From positions 1 through 64,000 of IMG/VR virus record IMGVR_UViG_3300029288_003882: a DNA stretch of 64,000 bases, one strand, 5' to 3'. Shown in pieces: positions 29,420-37,717 of this stretch (position 1 is its first letter; the number at the start of each line of letters is the position of its first letter). Below the pieces are notes generated by a model. That model did no database searches, was not told the origin of the DNA, and saw nothing but the letters and a program-made list of their open reading frames with translations. Source of the DNA: a virus. Lineage: Duplodnaviria; Caudoviricetes. Both the position numbers and the translations under genes were made by a program.

Positions 29420-29433
29420 TATATAAATATTTT
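29420..29433 (-). promoter_or_regulatory. archaeal BRE-TATA promoter of glycosylation cluster 1
   Basis: Minus strand GAAAAATATTTATATA about 30 nt upstream of ATG 29390. Confidence 0.55.
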
Positions 29434-29871
29434 TCACCACAAAACGGTGACCTCAAAGACTTGCACCCATGTTAGGCAATCGTTTGCTTTATTCTTATCA
29501 ATCGCCCAATCGTTCTCAATTATTAGATCATCTACATAATCGGTAGGATTGTGTGATAACGTCGTATTTTGGAAAATGCGTCTCATTTCATGCACCATTT
29601 CACGTCGGATATCCTCGTTATAACCAGATACATGAACAAAAATCGACGCTTGATAAATTGTAGGCGACGACGACCTATCCATATCTCTTTGTTGATAGTT
29701 TGTAATTGGTTGGAATTTACCGTCTTTTCCTGTCAAGTATATCTGGCGTTCGTCTTGACGATTCGTCTCAAAATACGCCTCATTAACTTTGGTTGTCCAA
29801 CCTGTTATCGTGAAATTTGCAAGTATAAAATCTTTGACTACCTTCCGTGGGTCAATGTCGTCTACCGCCAT
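29434..29871 (-). CDS. tail terminator/completion protein
   Basis: Size, position after adaptor, SIFVHV and VQVFEV strands. Confidence 0.6.
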   Translation of the reverse strand: MAVDDIDPRKVVKDFILANFTITGWTTKVNEAYFETNRQDERQIYLTGKDGKFQPITNYQQRDMDRSSSPTIYQASIFVHVSGYNEDIRREMVHEMRRIFQNTTLSHNPTDYVDDLIIENDWAIDKNKANDCLTWVQVFEVTVLW

Positions 29872-29873
29872 AG

Positions 29874-30545
29874 TTATTCATCCGTCATGTCTTCGAGTTC
29901 GGAAACAACGCTTTCATCCCGCCATTTTCCTATCGTATGAACGGCAAGGTTTTTATGGCGAATCTTTGTATTAAGCAATTCTTCCACGCGGGACATCCAA
30001 CCGCCTATTACCTTTTCCCATTTGTTTATTTGTTCTTTGCATTCCTCTTGGAATTCTCTTGAAGTTGCCAGATCGACCGCAGTCATCAAGATGCAACATT
30101 CTTCCACATAAGAAGGTATTTCAGAATGCCCGTATATGTATGTTGTTTTTACTCTTTCCGTTCCGACATCTGGTGTATCCCAAAATCGTACCATACCAGA
30201 ATTCGGCTTCTCAAGCCAATAATCGTCGTTGTTTCTATCACGACCTTGAGTTGCGAGTGTGTATTCTGTGCCGTCATAAACCGACAATTCGGTTACCGAT
30301 ATGACTGGATATTTATCGAGAGGCATTCTTGGATTTCCAACAATATCGTGATATTCATCAGTGACGGTTGTTGGATTAAAATTCATCCCGTGCTCTTCGT
30401 TAATGCGTTTTGACTTTCGCGCGATAAGTCTTTCTACCATACTGGGGTCGAATTTCCCACCAGATATTATCCAGACTTGATTATCAGATGAATATTTACC
30501 CAATATATCATTGATGTCCTGTACCATGCAAAACATAACTGGCAT
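29874..30545 (-). CDS. head-tail adaptor (gp6/gp15-like with beta insertion)
   Basis: LIARKSKRINEE, YPVISV, TYIYGHSEIPSYVEECC pattern. Confidence 0.72.
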   Translation of the reverse strand: MPVMFCMVQDINDILGKYSSDNQVWIISGGKFDPSMVERLIARKSKRINEEHGMNFNPTTVTDEYHDIVGNPRMPLDKYPVISVTELSVYDGTEYTLATQGRDRNNDDYWLEKPNSGMVRFWDTPDVGTERVKTTYIYGHSEIPSYVEECCILMTAVDLATSREFQEECKEQINKWEKVIGGWMSRVEELLNTKIRHKNLAVHTIGKWRDESVVSELEDMTDE

Positions 30546-30546
30546 A

Positions 30547-30577
30547 ATGATATATATAACGGTGCAAGTATTTTAAA
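30547..30577 (-). promoter_or_regulatory. second-class promoter for adaptor operon
   Basis: Minus strand TTAAAATACTTGCACCGTTATATATATCATT immediately before ATG 30545. Confidence 0.55.
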
Positions 30578-30581
30578 TTAT

Positions 30582-31860
30582 TTGTCATACAAACGAATGA
30601 TAAATTTATAAATATCGAATATAATTCTTATTAACATGCAATTGACACAAAAAATAAAAATATCACCAACAAAAGAACAGGAAATGGTTCTTATTGCGTT
30701 ATCTGAAAAATGCAGGTTGATTTATAATTTTGCATTAACAGAAAGAAAGGAAGCATTTGTAAAAGGTATATATTTAGATTACAACAAACAACAAAATGGT
30801 TTACCTAAAACTAAGGAAAAATATCCAGAATATTGTTGGGTTTATAGTAAAGTTTTACAGATGACTTTGAAAAATCTTGACAACGATTTTAAATCCTTTT
30901 TTGCGTTGATAAAAAAAGATGCAACATCGAAGCAACCTAATTATAAAGGTGAAAAACATTTTACCACGATGTGTTATAATCAAAGCGGATTTAAATTAAA
31001 TAAGGGGATAATAACATTATCACATAAACATCCATCAAAAATTAAACTCAACTTTAAAATTCCTGAAAAATTCATATTCGATAAAATATACCAAGTTGAT
31101 GTCTATAAAAATGGTAAACAATACTTTTTATCTATTACCTATGACGTTAAGGAAAATGAATTTACAGATAATGGATTATACCAAGCGTTCGATTTGGGAA
31201 TATTAAAGCACACCGCGGTTAATATGTCAGGTAAATTTTTTGAAACAACGATACAACGACCTGATAGATATTGGGAAAAATCATTGAGTGATATTCAAAG
31301 CAGAAAAGATCATTGCAAAAAATACAGTAGAAAATGGATATTTTATAATGATGTTTGGAATAAATTAATAAAAAAATCTTCTAATCAAATGAAGGATAAT
31401 ATTCATAAATTATCAAGGAAGGTGATAGATAATACAAAAGCAAATACGATAATAGTTGGTGATTTATCACCAAAACAAATGTGTAAAATTGATAAGCGAC
31501 AAAAAGGATTACATCGAAGTCTGCACAACACAGGAATAATTTCCCGATTTGTTAGTTTTCTAACCTACAAGGCAAAACTCGTAGGTAAAAGAGTAATAGA
31601 AAACAACGAATACAAGACATCCCAGAAATGTTGTTGTTGTGGAAACATGATGAAAATGCCTTTAGAAAAACGGGAATATATTTGCGATAAGTGTGGTAAT
31701 AAGATTGATCGGGACAGAAATAGCGCCGTAAATATGATGATAAATTACCTATCGCAAAATGGCTTATGGACGGCCTACTGGCTATTTGTCAGTAATCTGC
31801 GGCAAACAGGGTTAGCAATAGTTAATCACCCGCAGGAAATCACCAATGGTGTATAGTTCA
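30582..31860 (+). mobile_element. IS200/IS605-family (IS1341-like) non-autonomous element carrying only tnpB
   Basis: tnpB on opposite strand to its operon, very AT-rich; left hairpin TTTGTCAT..ATGATAAA after TTAT; right end hairpin CACC-AAT-GGTG then TTCA; no tnpA; boundaries approximate. Confidence 0.7.
30636..31856 (+). CDS. tnpB: TnpB RNA-guided endonuclease
   Basis: KIKISPTKEQ..CRLIYN HTH, AFDLG (RuvC-I), IVGDL (RuvC-II), TSQKC..CG..C..CG..IDRD.NSA.N (Zn finger and RuvC-III). Confidence 0.95.
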   Translation: MQLTQKIKISPTKEQEMVLIALSEKCRLIYNFALTERKEAFVKGIYLDYNKQQNGLPKTKEKYPEYCWVYSKVLQMTLKNLDNDFKSFFALIKKDATSKQPNYKGEKHFTTMCYNQSGFKLNKGIITLSHKHPSKIKLNFKIPEKFIFDKIYQVDVYKNGKQYFLSITYDVKENEFTDNGLYQAFDLGILKHTAVNMSGKFFETTIQRPDRYWEKSLSDIQSRKDHCKKYSRKWIFYNDVWNKLIKKSSNQMKDNIHKLSRKVIDNTKANTIIVGDLSPKQMCKIDKRQKGLHRSLHNTGIISRFVSFLTYKAKLVGKRVIENNEYKTSQKCCCCGNMMKMPLEKREYICDKCGNKIDRDRNSAVNMMINYLSQNGLWTAYWLFVSNLRQTGLAIVNHPQEITNGV

Positions 31861-31880
31861 TATTATCTTAAAATATGCAA
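31700..31880 (+). ncRNA. predicted TnpB omega/reRNA scaffold plus flanking guide
   Basis: Inferred from established TnpB biology (RNA overlaps tnpB 3' end and right end); 5' boundary is a guess. Confidence 0.45.
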
Positions 31881-32238
31881 GAAGACCACCAACTATTAAT
31901 ATGAATTCAGTAAGAATCGTGACCACTGCGCCAACGATATACTTGGTGGAATTATTTTTAAAGTGTATCACGATTGCGCTTTCCTCCTCGCCACAATTTT
32001 CCCCGTCCGCGCATACATGCTTACCCTTTGGCTTCTTTATATCGTTGTCAATACGTGAATGCACCCGAGATTGGCATCTTTCACGTCTCGTTTGGCAATC
32101 GCTTCGAGGAATAAACTTTTCCTTCATTTCGTCCGAACATTCTTTTTTGTGGGTGTTTATTGCGCTTGCGACGCCCGCCGCCGCTTTTGCCTCGACGATT
32201 TTCTCAAATCTTGCCCATTCCTTTTCTGTTATTGCCAT
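31858..32238 (-). CDS. membrane-anchored coiled-coil protein
   Basis: C-terminal TM YIVGAVVTILTEFILIVGGLLAYF; GGAGGG SD before ATG 32238. Confidence 0.7.
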   Translation of the reverse strand: MAITEKEWARFEKIVEAKAAAGVASAINTHKKECSDEMKEKFIPRSDCQTRRERCQSRVHSRIDNDIKKPKGKHVCADGENCGEEESAIVIHFKNNSTKYIVGAVVTILTEFILIVGGLLAYFKII

Positions 32239-32251
32239 ATTTCTCCCTCCA

Positions 32252-32536
32252 TTACGGTGGCGGCGGTGGTACAGGAGGTATAATAGCAACGATTATACCG
32301 TTTGCAACCATTACCGTATTTCCTTGAGCGTCTTCAAATTGTCCCGTAAACCCACTAACCGCTGGTGTTAAAATTGTTTCAGTTCCTTTGGTGATCACCC
32401 TTATAGTTCCTGTTGACGAATGAACATAAACGAGACGATTAGCCAATCTTGATATGTATCCTTGTTTCTTTGCGTAAGCCATCGCCGCAGATAGATTTGG
32501 TTGTTCGCCCAACCAATTTAAGTTTTCAATAGCCAT
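32252..32536 (-). CDS. hypothetical virion protein
   Basis: GAGG SD; C-terminal PPVPPPPP; within structural operon. Confidence 0.6.
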   Translation of the reverse strand: MAIENLNWLGEQPNLSAAMAYAKKQGYISRLANRLVYVHSSTGTIRVITKGTETILTPAVSGFTGQFEDAQGNTVMVANGIIVAIIPPVPPPPP

Positions 32537-32544
32537 ATTTCGCC

Positions 32545-32865
32545 TCAAAGATTATCATAGACTTTAAAATTACCTATCGATGATTTCCAGGTCCCAAGTG
32601 ATGGAAGAACAATGCTTGCCTGAATCGTCCAGATACCTGCAACATCCAGATCACTCGCAGAAAGCGTCTTGTAATAAATCTTACCATCTGTTCCATCAGT
32701 TTCAAAAATACCTGCCTTTGTCACTGATGTTCCGTTCGGCTTCTTAAAAATAATATTCTTTGTAGTTGCTTCAGAAATGTCCACTGGGTCATCGCCTTCC
32801 TTGACGGTTACCAAGAACTTTGTTCCGATGTCACCCACATGCACCTCTTCGACGACGTTGCTCAT
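32545..32865 (-). CDS. BppU-N-like Ig-fold virion protein
   Basis: GDIGTKFLVTVKEG..PVDIS...FKKPNG...DG.IYY...DLD.AG.W..Q pattern. Confidence 0.72.
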   Translation of the reverse strand: MSNVVEEVHVGDIGTKFLVTVKEGDDPVDISEATTKNIIFKKPNGTSVTKAGIFETDGTDGKIYYKTLSASDLDVAGIWTIQASIVLPSLGTWKSSIGNFKVYDNL

Positions 32866-33023
32866 AAATCCACCTCTTGATTTTCTTGCGTTTTTACAAT
32901 GACTTGAACGGTTGTCTCACGTTCTAAGGTTAGATTGAAATCCAACGACGACAGAAGCGACAAGGAAAGGCTTTCTTCCCTATGCACGTATGCATCTATG
33001 AGCATTATGTCTTCGTCGGGCAT
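32862..33023 (-). CDS. 53-aa microprotein, absent from ORF track
   Basis: Hand translation MPDEDIMLIDAYVHREESLSLSLLSSLDFNLTLERETTVQVIVKTQENQEVDL; GGTGA SD; ATGA overlap. Confidence 0.6.
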   Translation of the reverse strand: MPDEDIMLIDAYVHREESLSLSLLSSLDFNLTLERETTVQVIVKTQENQEVDL

Positions 33024-33027
33024 TGCG

Positions 33028-33171
33028 TCACCTTTCAAGGACGAAAGCGTCCGTCCTATCTATATATAATGTGAATTCGAGTATATCTAACCATTCTCGC
33101 TGAGGTACGTATGATGCCAAACCGTATGAAGCGATTTGGGATCCTATACCGAGTCCTTGTTGTGGGAACAT
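33028..33171 (-). CDS. 47-aa microprotein
   Basis: MFPQQGLGIGSQIASYGL...LEFTLYIDRTDAFVLER; AGGTG SD. Confidence 0.55.
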   Translation of the reverse strand: MFPQQGLGIGSQIASYGLASYVPQREWLDILEFTLYIDRTDAFVLER

Positions 33172-33172
33172 T

Positions 33173-35659
33173 TTATAACACCTGATTTCCGCGATTTGCT
33201 GGACCAGTTCCTTGTATTGTGAAATTACCACCGCCTGATTTAGTGAATGTCCACTTTTTGATTACGGTGGTTCCTGCATCGTCGTATAGCCACAATTGTT
33301 GCCCGTGCCATTCGAGTTTGTTTTCTAAGATGTCCATTATATCGTTTAATAACGTTGTCAATGATGATAAGTCTATCGATTCAACTGCTTCGATGACATT
33401 TTCTTCCGACGTGGTGATCGCCCCAGTTATGACGCCTTGAGAGGTAGTTATCGCTGATTCCACGGAGGCTTCGCTTGCAGGGTCATCTGGTAGGTTTTCT
33501 GTCCTCTCGGTAACTGTATCAAGTTGGTCAGATAAAACTTTTAGATCATCGTCATCTGTTCCGCGGATATTTTCTTCGCTTGTTGTGATTGCATCGGTAA
33601 TATCCCCAACTGCACCATCTATATAATCTTCGATATTGCCTTCTGAGGTAGTTATTGCGCCAGTAATTACACCTTGGGAGGTCGATATTGCGCCTTCGAT
33701 GTCGCTTTCATCCGCTGGGTCAGATGGTAGTCTCGAATTAATCGCCGATGCATCACCGGCGGCACTTGACGCATTAGTAGCCACACCGTCTATTTGGTCG
33801 GAAATAACCTTCAGGTCGTCTGAATCAGAACCACGGATATTTCCCTCCGATGTCGATATGGCTCCCGTTATCGCTGGAACATCTACGGTGCGGATGTTGT
33901 TCGTATCGGTCTTAACACCAGTAACCGATAATTCTTTTGCCATATCTGTGTAAATCGATTTTAATGCAGTGTCTGGATTTCCGAGCATTGTTTCAATAGA
34001 CTTTAAATTCGTTCTTGCGGAAGGATTGCCAATGTTTGCAGATATTTTATTTTGAGAATCGGTTGTGGCGTCAAAGGTTGCACCGCCATTATCATCCGCC
34101 AACTTCTTAATATTCGCTGCTATGCTTGCACCACCGCCGTCTATGTTCGCTGGTGTGCCTATGTTGTCCATCAGTTCATCGATAGAATCGTCATTGACCT
34201 CCACCGCACACTGGTAGACATGGGATAGGTTCAGAATGTCCCTGACCTTCACCATGTAATTTACGTTTGAGGTCGTAAATTCTCCCGCACCTATGTTAAG
34301 GGAATAATAGCCATGTCCTTGTTCCTTCCATTCTGCTGCGATAGGAACATAAGCGGTCCAGGCCGTATCACTCTCTTTTTTATATTCTACTTCAAGGTCT
34401 GCCACTAATTGCCCTACGACACCGAGTTTATTAGCATCCATCAGTCTGATAGGTATCCAGGTATCGGTAGATTTCTTTCTGCGGAGGACGGCAATGTTAT
34501 CCTGGAATGTTTCTGGGACAGTGTATGCTGGAATTGTAATATCAATAGGAACTGCATCGGTTCCATAGTCAGATGCCATTGCCTGAGTCACTGTTTTTAC
34601 AATGCCTGCGTTCATTGCCCAGATTTTTATTGTAGGACTGACAGCAGAAATTTGAACATACCCCGTTCCACTTTTCAGATACCCTATATTATATGGAACA
34701 AACAAAGCCCTCATTTCATTGCGTATCTGGGATACGGTGAATAATGCATTATAATTTCTGATAATTGTTTGTGTGAGATGTGGCCTACCAGTAGCATCGG
34801 TCTTTCTACATCTAAAAATATCATTGGTTATTCTATTATAATTTGTCTCACCACCCGTATATTCTATGGAAAATAAAATATCAGTATATGGATTTCCTGA
34901 AACATCCACCGCCCTGATATTAATTGTTCTTACTTTTGTAACATCGATAAAATCATTATTATATGCGGTTGGGCATGAAAAGGTTATTGTGCCTATAATA
35001 TAAACTCTTGGGGCGAATTGACCTACACAACATATCCCTGGAACGACAATAGTAAAATCGTGCCAATAAAATTCTCCCGATATGTCCATACCATTTTCTA
35101 ACCAAGTAGCCGAAGATGGGTCTTTTTTAATAGTAGTTTCTCGCAGGTAATGACTCGGATAAAAAATAAATACATAATGTCCCGTTGCGGTTCCGATTGA
35201 GGATTTATACATATATAGATGGATGCCTCTTTTAATTTCTGTTGCTGAACTTGGGTATCCTACAAATGTAACACTTGAAGCGACTCTACTCACTGTAAGG
35301 GCATAGTCTGACATCCCCAAATGGACATAAGACATATTCCCCGAAAGAACATATAATACTGCCACATTCGACAATGCTAATCTGTATCCTACGGTTGGGT
35401 CATCGGGATAAACTCCCCCAACTGCATCCCCTGTTATGGTAATTGTATTATAGAATGTGCAATTACCATTACCACAAGACACTGTAAGGTCATTCGTTTC
35501 TCTTACAATATATAAATATCTTCCAGCCGTATCTGTTGTCACTATTCCCGTTATATCGGCAGGAATTGTCATACGATTGGCATAGGAGGAACCATCGCCT
35601 AATCCAGCAGGTGCTCCCAGAGTCCAAAAAGTTGTTGCAGCAATGGTGTATACCGTCAC
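33173..35659 (-). CDS. 828-aa fibre/spike-like virion protein with repetitive helical stalk
   Basis: Beta-rich N-terminal half, ITTS-containing repeats, C-terminal LWLYDDAGTTVIKKW. Confidence 0.6.
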   Translation of the reverse strand: MTVYTIAATTFWTLGAPAGLGDGSSYANRMTIPADITGIVTTDTAGRYLYIVRETNDLTVSCGNGNCTFYNTITITGDAVGGVYPDDPTVGYRLALSNVAVLYVLSGNMSYVHLGMSDYALTVSRVASSVTFVGYPSSATEIKRGIHLYMYKSSIGTATGHYVFIFYPSHYLRETTIKKDPSSATWLENGMDISGEFYWHDFTIVVPGICCVGQFAPRVYIIGTITFSCPTAYNNDFIDVTKVRTINIRAVDVSGNPYTDILFSIEYTGGETNYNRITNDIFRCRKTDATGRPHLTQTIIRNYNALFTVSQIRNEMRALFVPYNIGYLKSGTGYVQISAVSPTIKIWAMNAGIVKTVTQAMASDYGTDAVPIDITIPAYTVPETFQDNIAVLRRKKSTDTWIPIRLMDANKLGVVGQLVADLEVEYKKESDTAWTAYVPIAAEWKEQGHGYYSLNIGAGEFTTSNVNYMVKVRDILNLSHVYQCAVEVNDDSIDELMDNIGTPANIDGGGASIAANIKKLADDNGGATFDATTDSQNKISANIGNPSARTNLKSIETMLGNPDTALKSIYTDMAKELSVTGVKTDTNNIRTVDVPAITGAISTSEGNIRGSDSDDLKVISDQIDGVATNASSAAGDASAINSRLPSDPADESDIEGAISTSQGVITGAITTSEGNIEDYIDGAVGDITDAITTSEENIRGTDDDDLKVLSDQLDTVTERTENLPDDPASEASVESAITTSQGVITGAITTSEENVIEAVESIDLSSLTTLLNDIMDILENKLEWHGQQLWLYDDAGTTVIKKWTFTKSGGGNFTIQGTGPANRGNQVL
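33386..33872 (-). repeat. internal duplication and AITTS repeats
   Basis: Two copies of AI.TSE.NIRG.D.DDLKV.SDQ.D.V...LP.DPA.E...E.AI.TSQGVITGAITTSE. Confidence 0.85.
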
Positions 35660-35991
35660 TTAGAAACCACCTTAGCAGTCAATACTTCCTTCTTCCCATA
35701 TAATTCCAACAACCTATCATCTATGTCCTTCTGACTTATGACTACCTTCCCCTTATCATCCATCATTACCTCTTGCCCCTTCCAGTTCTTGATGTCCTCT
35801 TTCACCCTTATCAATTCCTCTTTCAGTTGTGATTGTTTCTGGGACTTAATGAATTCTATCGGGTCTGTCTTATCATCCAGGCCACAGATGCAATGTTCCT
35901 CACCATCGACAGCGACATGGATGTTAGAGAGGCCATCAGACCGCTTGATAGACTTGAGGATTCTATCCGAGATAACTTCGCCTTTCATCAT
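35656..35991 (-). CDS. hypothetical protein
   Basis: 111-aa ORF, GTGA overlap with fibre gene. Confidence 0.6.
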   Translation of the reverse strand: MMKGEVISDRILKSIKRSDGLSNIHVAVDGEEHCICGLDDKTDPIEFIKSQKQSQLKEELIRVKEDIKNWKGQEVMMDDKGKVVISQKDIDDRLLELYGKKEVLTAKVVSK

Positions 35992-36045
35992 CTTACATCA
36001 CCTTGGCAAGGACCTTCTTAGAAATACCTGGTGCGGTTATCATTA

Positions 36046-36126
36046 TTACACCAACTCAGCCTTAAGCACCTGTATCTGCTTGACCTTCTCGACGAGGACT
36101 TCGTCCTCTTTTGTGACCGTTACCAT
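36046..36126 (-). CDS. 26-aa micro-ORF
   Basis: AAGGTGAATCAT-ATG SD; MVTVTKEDEVLVEKVKQIQVLKAELV. Confidence 0.4.
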   Translation of the reverse strand: MVTVTKEDEVLVEKVKQIQVLKAELV

Positions 36127-36150
36127 ATGATTCACCTTCAATAGTTCACA

Positions 36151-36188
36151 CTATACATATATGACGCATCGAAGATTTAATATCTTCG
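36151..36188 (-). promoter_or_regulatory. second-class promoter candidate
   Basis: Minus strand ATTAAATCTTCGATGCGTCATATATGTAT, similar spacing to 24211 and 30547. Confidence 0.4.
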
Positions 36189-36234
36189 AAGGTTTCAAAA
36201 GGGTGTAATGTACCCATTTGATTCGATTTCATAC

Positions 36235-36861
36235 TCACACCAGTTGCCCGAGTGGTTTCTTTGTTGAAAGCGGGCTTTTTAATGCTTGTTGTGGTAAAAA
36301 GTATGTTAATTCTATCTTAGGCGGGTGTGGGTAAGCCGATGCATCGAATCGAGCGCCATAATTTATATTCGCTGGTAGATCATCATAATCCCTACCTGAT
36401 AATCCGTATAGTTTAATTTTTCCATCAACTATCAAACCAGAGACTGGTATTTCTATGTCGTTGTATGCATTAAGGGTTATTGTCGTCGTAGGTACCCGTT
36501 TAACGAGAGCGCCCCAATATGCTTTATTGAAATCTCCAACGACGACGGGAATACTCGGGTGAATTCCGTCGCCTTTTACAAATACCAAATCTGTATCCTC
36601 AACACCTTTAAGATTGCACCACAATCTCAATATCGCTCTTGCCAATGTAATGCCTGCTGGTGGTGTATAGACTAATGCAGCACGGCGGGCATTCCAGGTT
36701 TCAAACATACCTCCAGAATGACCCACAAATATTTCCAACCATTCTCTCGTTAGTGTGCTATCTGCTTCTGTGGCATTTCTTGCGTCGTCTGCAGAACTGA
36801 AAGATACCTTCTGAAAAGAATCAGATACTAAGGTGTCGGTTATAATCACTGTTTTAGACAT
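36235..36861 (-). CDS. DNRLRE/CBM96-like beta-sandwich virion protein
   Basis: RRAALVY..PAGITLARAILRL...FDASA..HPPKIELTY pattern. Confidence 0.55.
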   Translation of the reverse strand: MSKTVIITDTLVSDSFQKVSFSSADDARNATEADSTLTREWLEIFVGHSGGMFETWNARRAALVYTPPAGITLARAILRLWCNLKGVEDTDLVFVKGDGIHPSIPVVVGDFNKAYWGALVKRVPTTTITLNAYNDIEIPVSGLIVDGKIKLYGLSGRDYDDLPANINYGARFDASAYPHPPKIELTYFLPQQALKSPLSTKKPLGQLV

Positions 36862-36872
36862 ATCAGCACCTA

Positions 36873-37262
36873 CTACCGAGCGTAATCGGTCTTGGTGATA
36901 GATTTAGGAATGGTCTTGTTGACGCCCTCTGTTATGTCTATTTGCATTGACACTTTGACGCTTTTTGCCGATTTGAATTCAAGATGTGGATTTGGGTCAG
37001 TTCCTACCGTGTATGTCTTTGAGTCAATATCACGATATGTTCCATCATCCAGTTCCTTTACTCGGATGGTAACGATCTTCGCGGCGGTAAGATTGTATAA
37101 GAAAACCGTCCCGATGAATTCTTTTACCTTATCATCAGTATTGGAATATTCATACAAATCCTTCTCGGCGGTACCTGAAAGATACGTCTCATCGTCGTTG
37201 TCTAAATCTCCCAAAGAACCTGCCACAGGTCCGCTGGATGAACTTACGTTTCCGGGTTGCAT
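36873..37262 (-). CDS. putative head/virion structural protein
   Basis: Beta-rich 129 aa downstream of capsid gene; GGTGATC SD. Confidence 0.55.
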   Translation of the reverse strand: MQPGNVSSSSGPVAGSLGDLDNDDETYLSGTAEKDLYEYSNTDDKVKEFIGTVFLYNLTAAKIVTIRVKELDDGTYRDIDSKTYTVGTDPNPHLEFKSAKSVKVSMQIDITEGVNKTIPKSITKTDYAR

Positions 37263-37268
37263 CGGTGA

Positions 37269-37598
37269 TCACCACAAAATAGTTATCTCAAGGTCAACGT
37301 CGCCGTCCACACCTTTGTAAGCAATGCATCGAACTTTTTGCGTTCTGGATTGTGATGCGCCAGGACGTATCAACCTCGATGCCGTATCGCTTACATCGCC
37401 GGATAATACGTTGACATCGATACGTGCCGATTTGCTTGCAGGGTCTAACGGGTCTTCGGCATTAGCGATTTCTACAGCTTCCGCGGCAACGCCTATTACC
37501 CCTTTCGTCGCACCGAAATCAGAAAGCCACAATCGATTGGTAACGCCGTTGCTTGCGGTGACATGTATCGTCTTTGAATTTTCTGGTGATTCTTTCAT
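37269..37598 (-). CDS. putative head/virion structural protein
   Basis: 109 aa directly downstream of capsid gene. Confidence 0.55.
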   Translation of the reverse strand: MKESPENSKTIHVTASNGVTNRLWLSDFGATKGVIGVAAEAVEIANAEDPLDPASKSARIDVNVLSGDVSDTASRLIRPGASQSRTQKVRCIAYKGVDGDVDLEITILW

Positions 37599-37624
37599 AT
37601 GACTACCCCATTTTTCAGGTGCAG

Positions 37625-37700
37625 GATTTCCGACTTGAACGGAAATCTAACATAAAGAAAAATAGGCTCCCGATTACAGGGGGGTGAAAATCGGGAGCCT
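37625..37700 (-). terminator. double stem-loop downstream of major capsid gene
   Basis: Perfect 12-bp IR AGGCTCCCGATT (37664-75) / AATCGGGAGCCT (37689-700) followed by T-rich tract on minus strand; second IR GATTTCCG/CGGAAATC. Confidence 0.7.
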
Positions 37701-37717
37701 TCTTTGCTATTGCGTGT

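Noticed and set aside
14569-30545. Contractile tail
   Set aside because: No sheath or baseplate wedge genes were recognised; tube, chaperone, TMP, Dit and hub order fits a siphovirus.
30636-31856. Cas12-like effector or inactivated TnpB
   Set aside because: No array or cas genes and size fits TnpB; Asp at RuvC-II (IVGDL) occurs in other TnpBs, so it is not evidence of inactivation.
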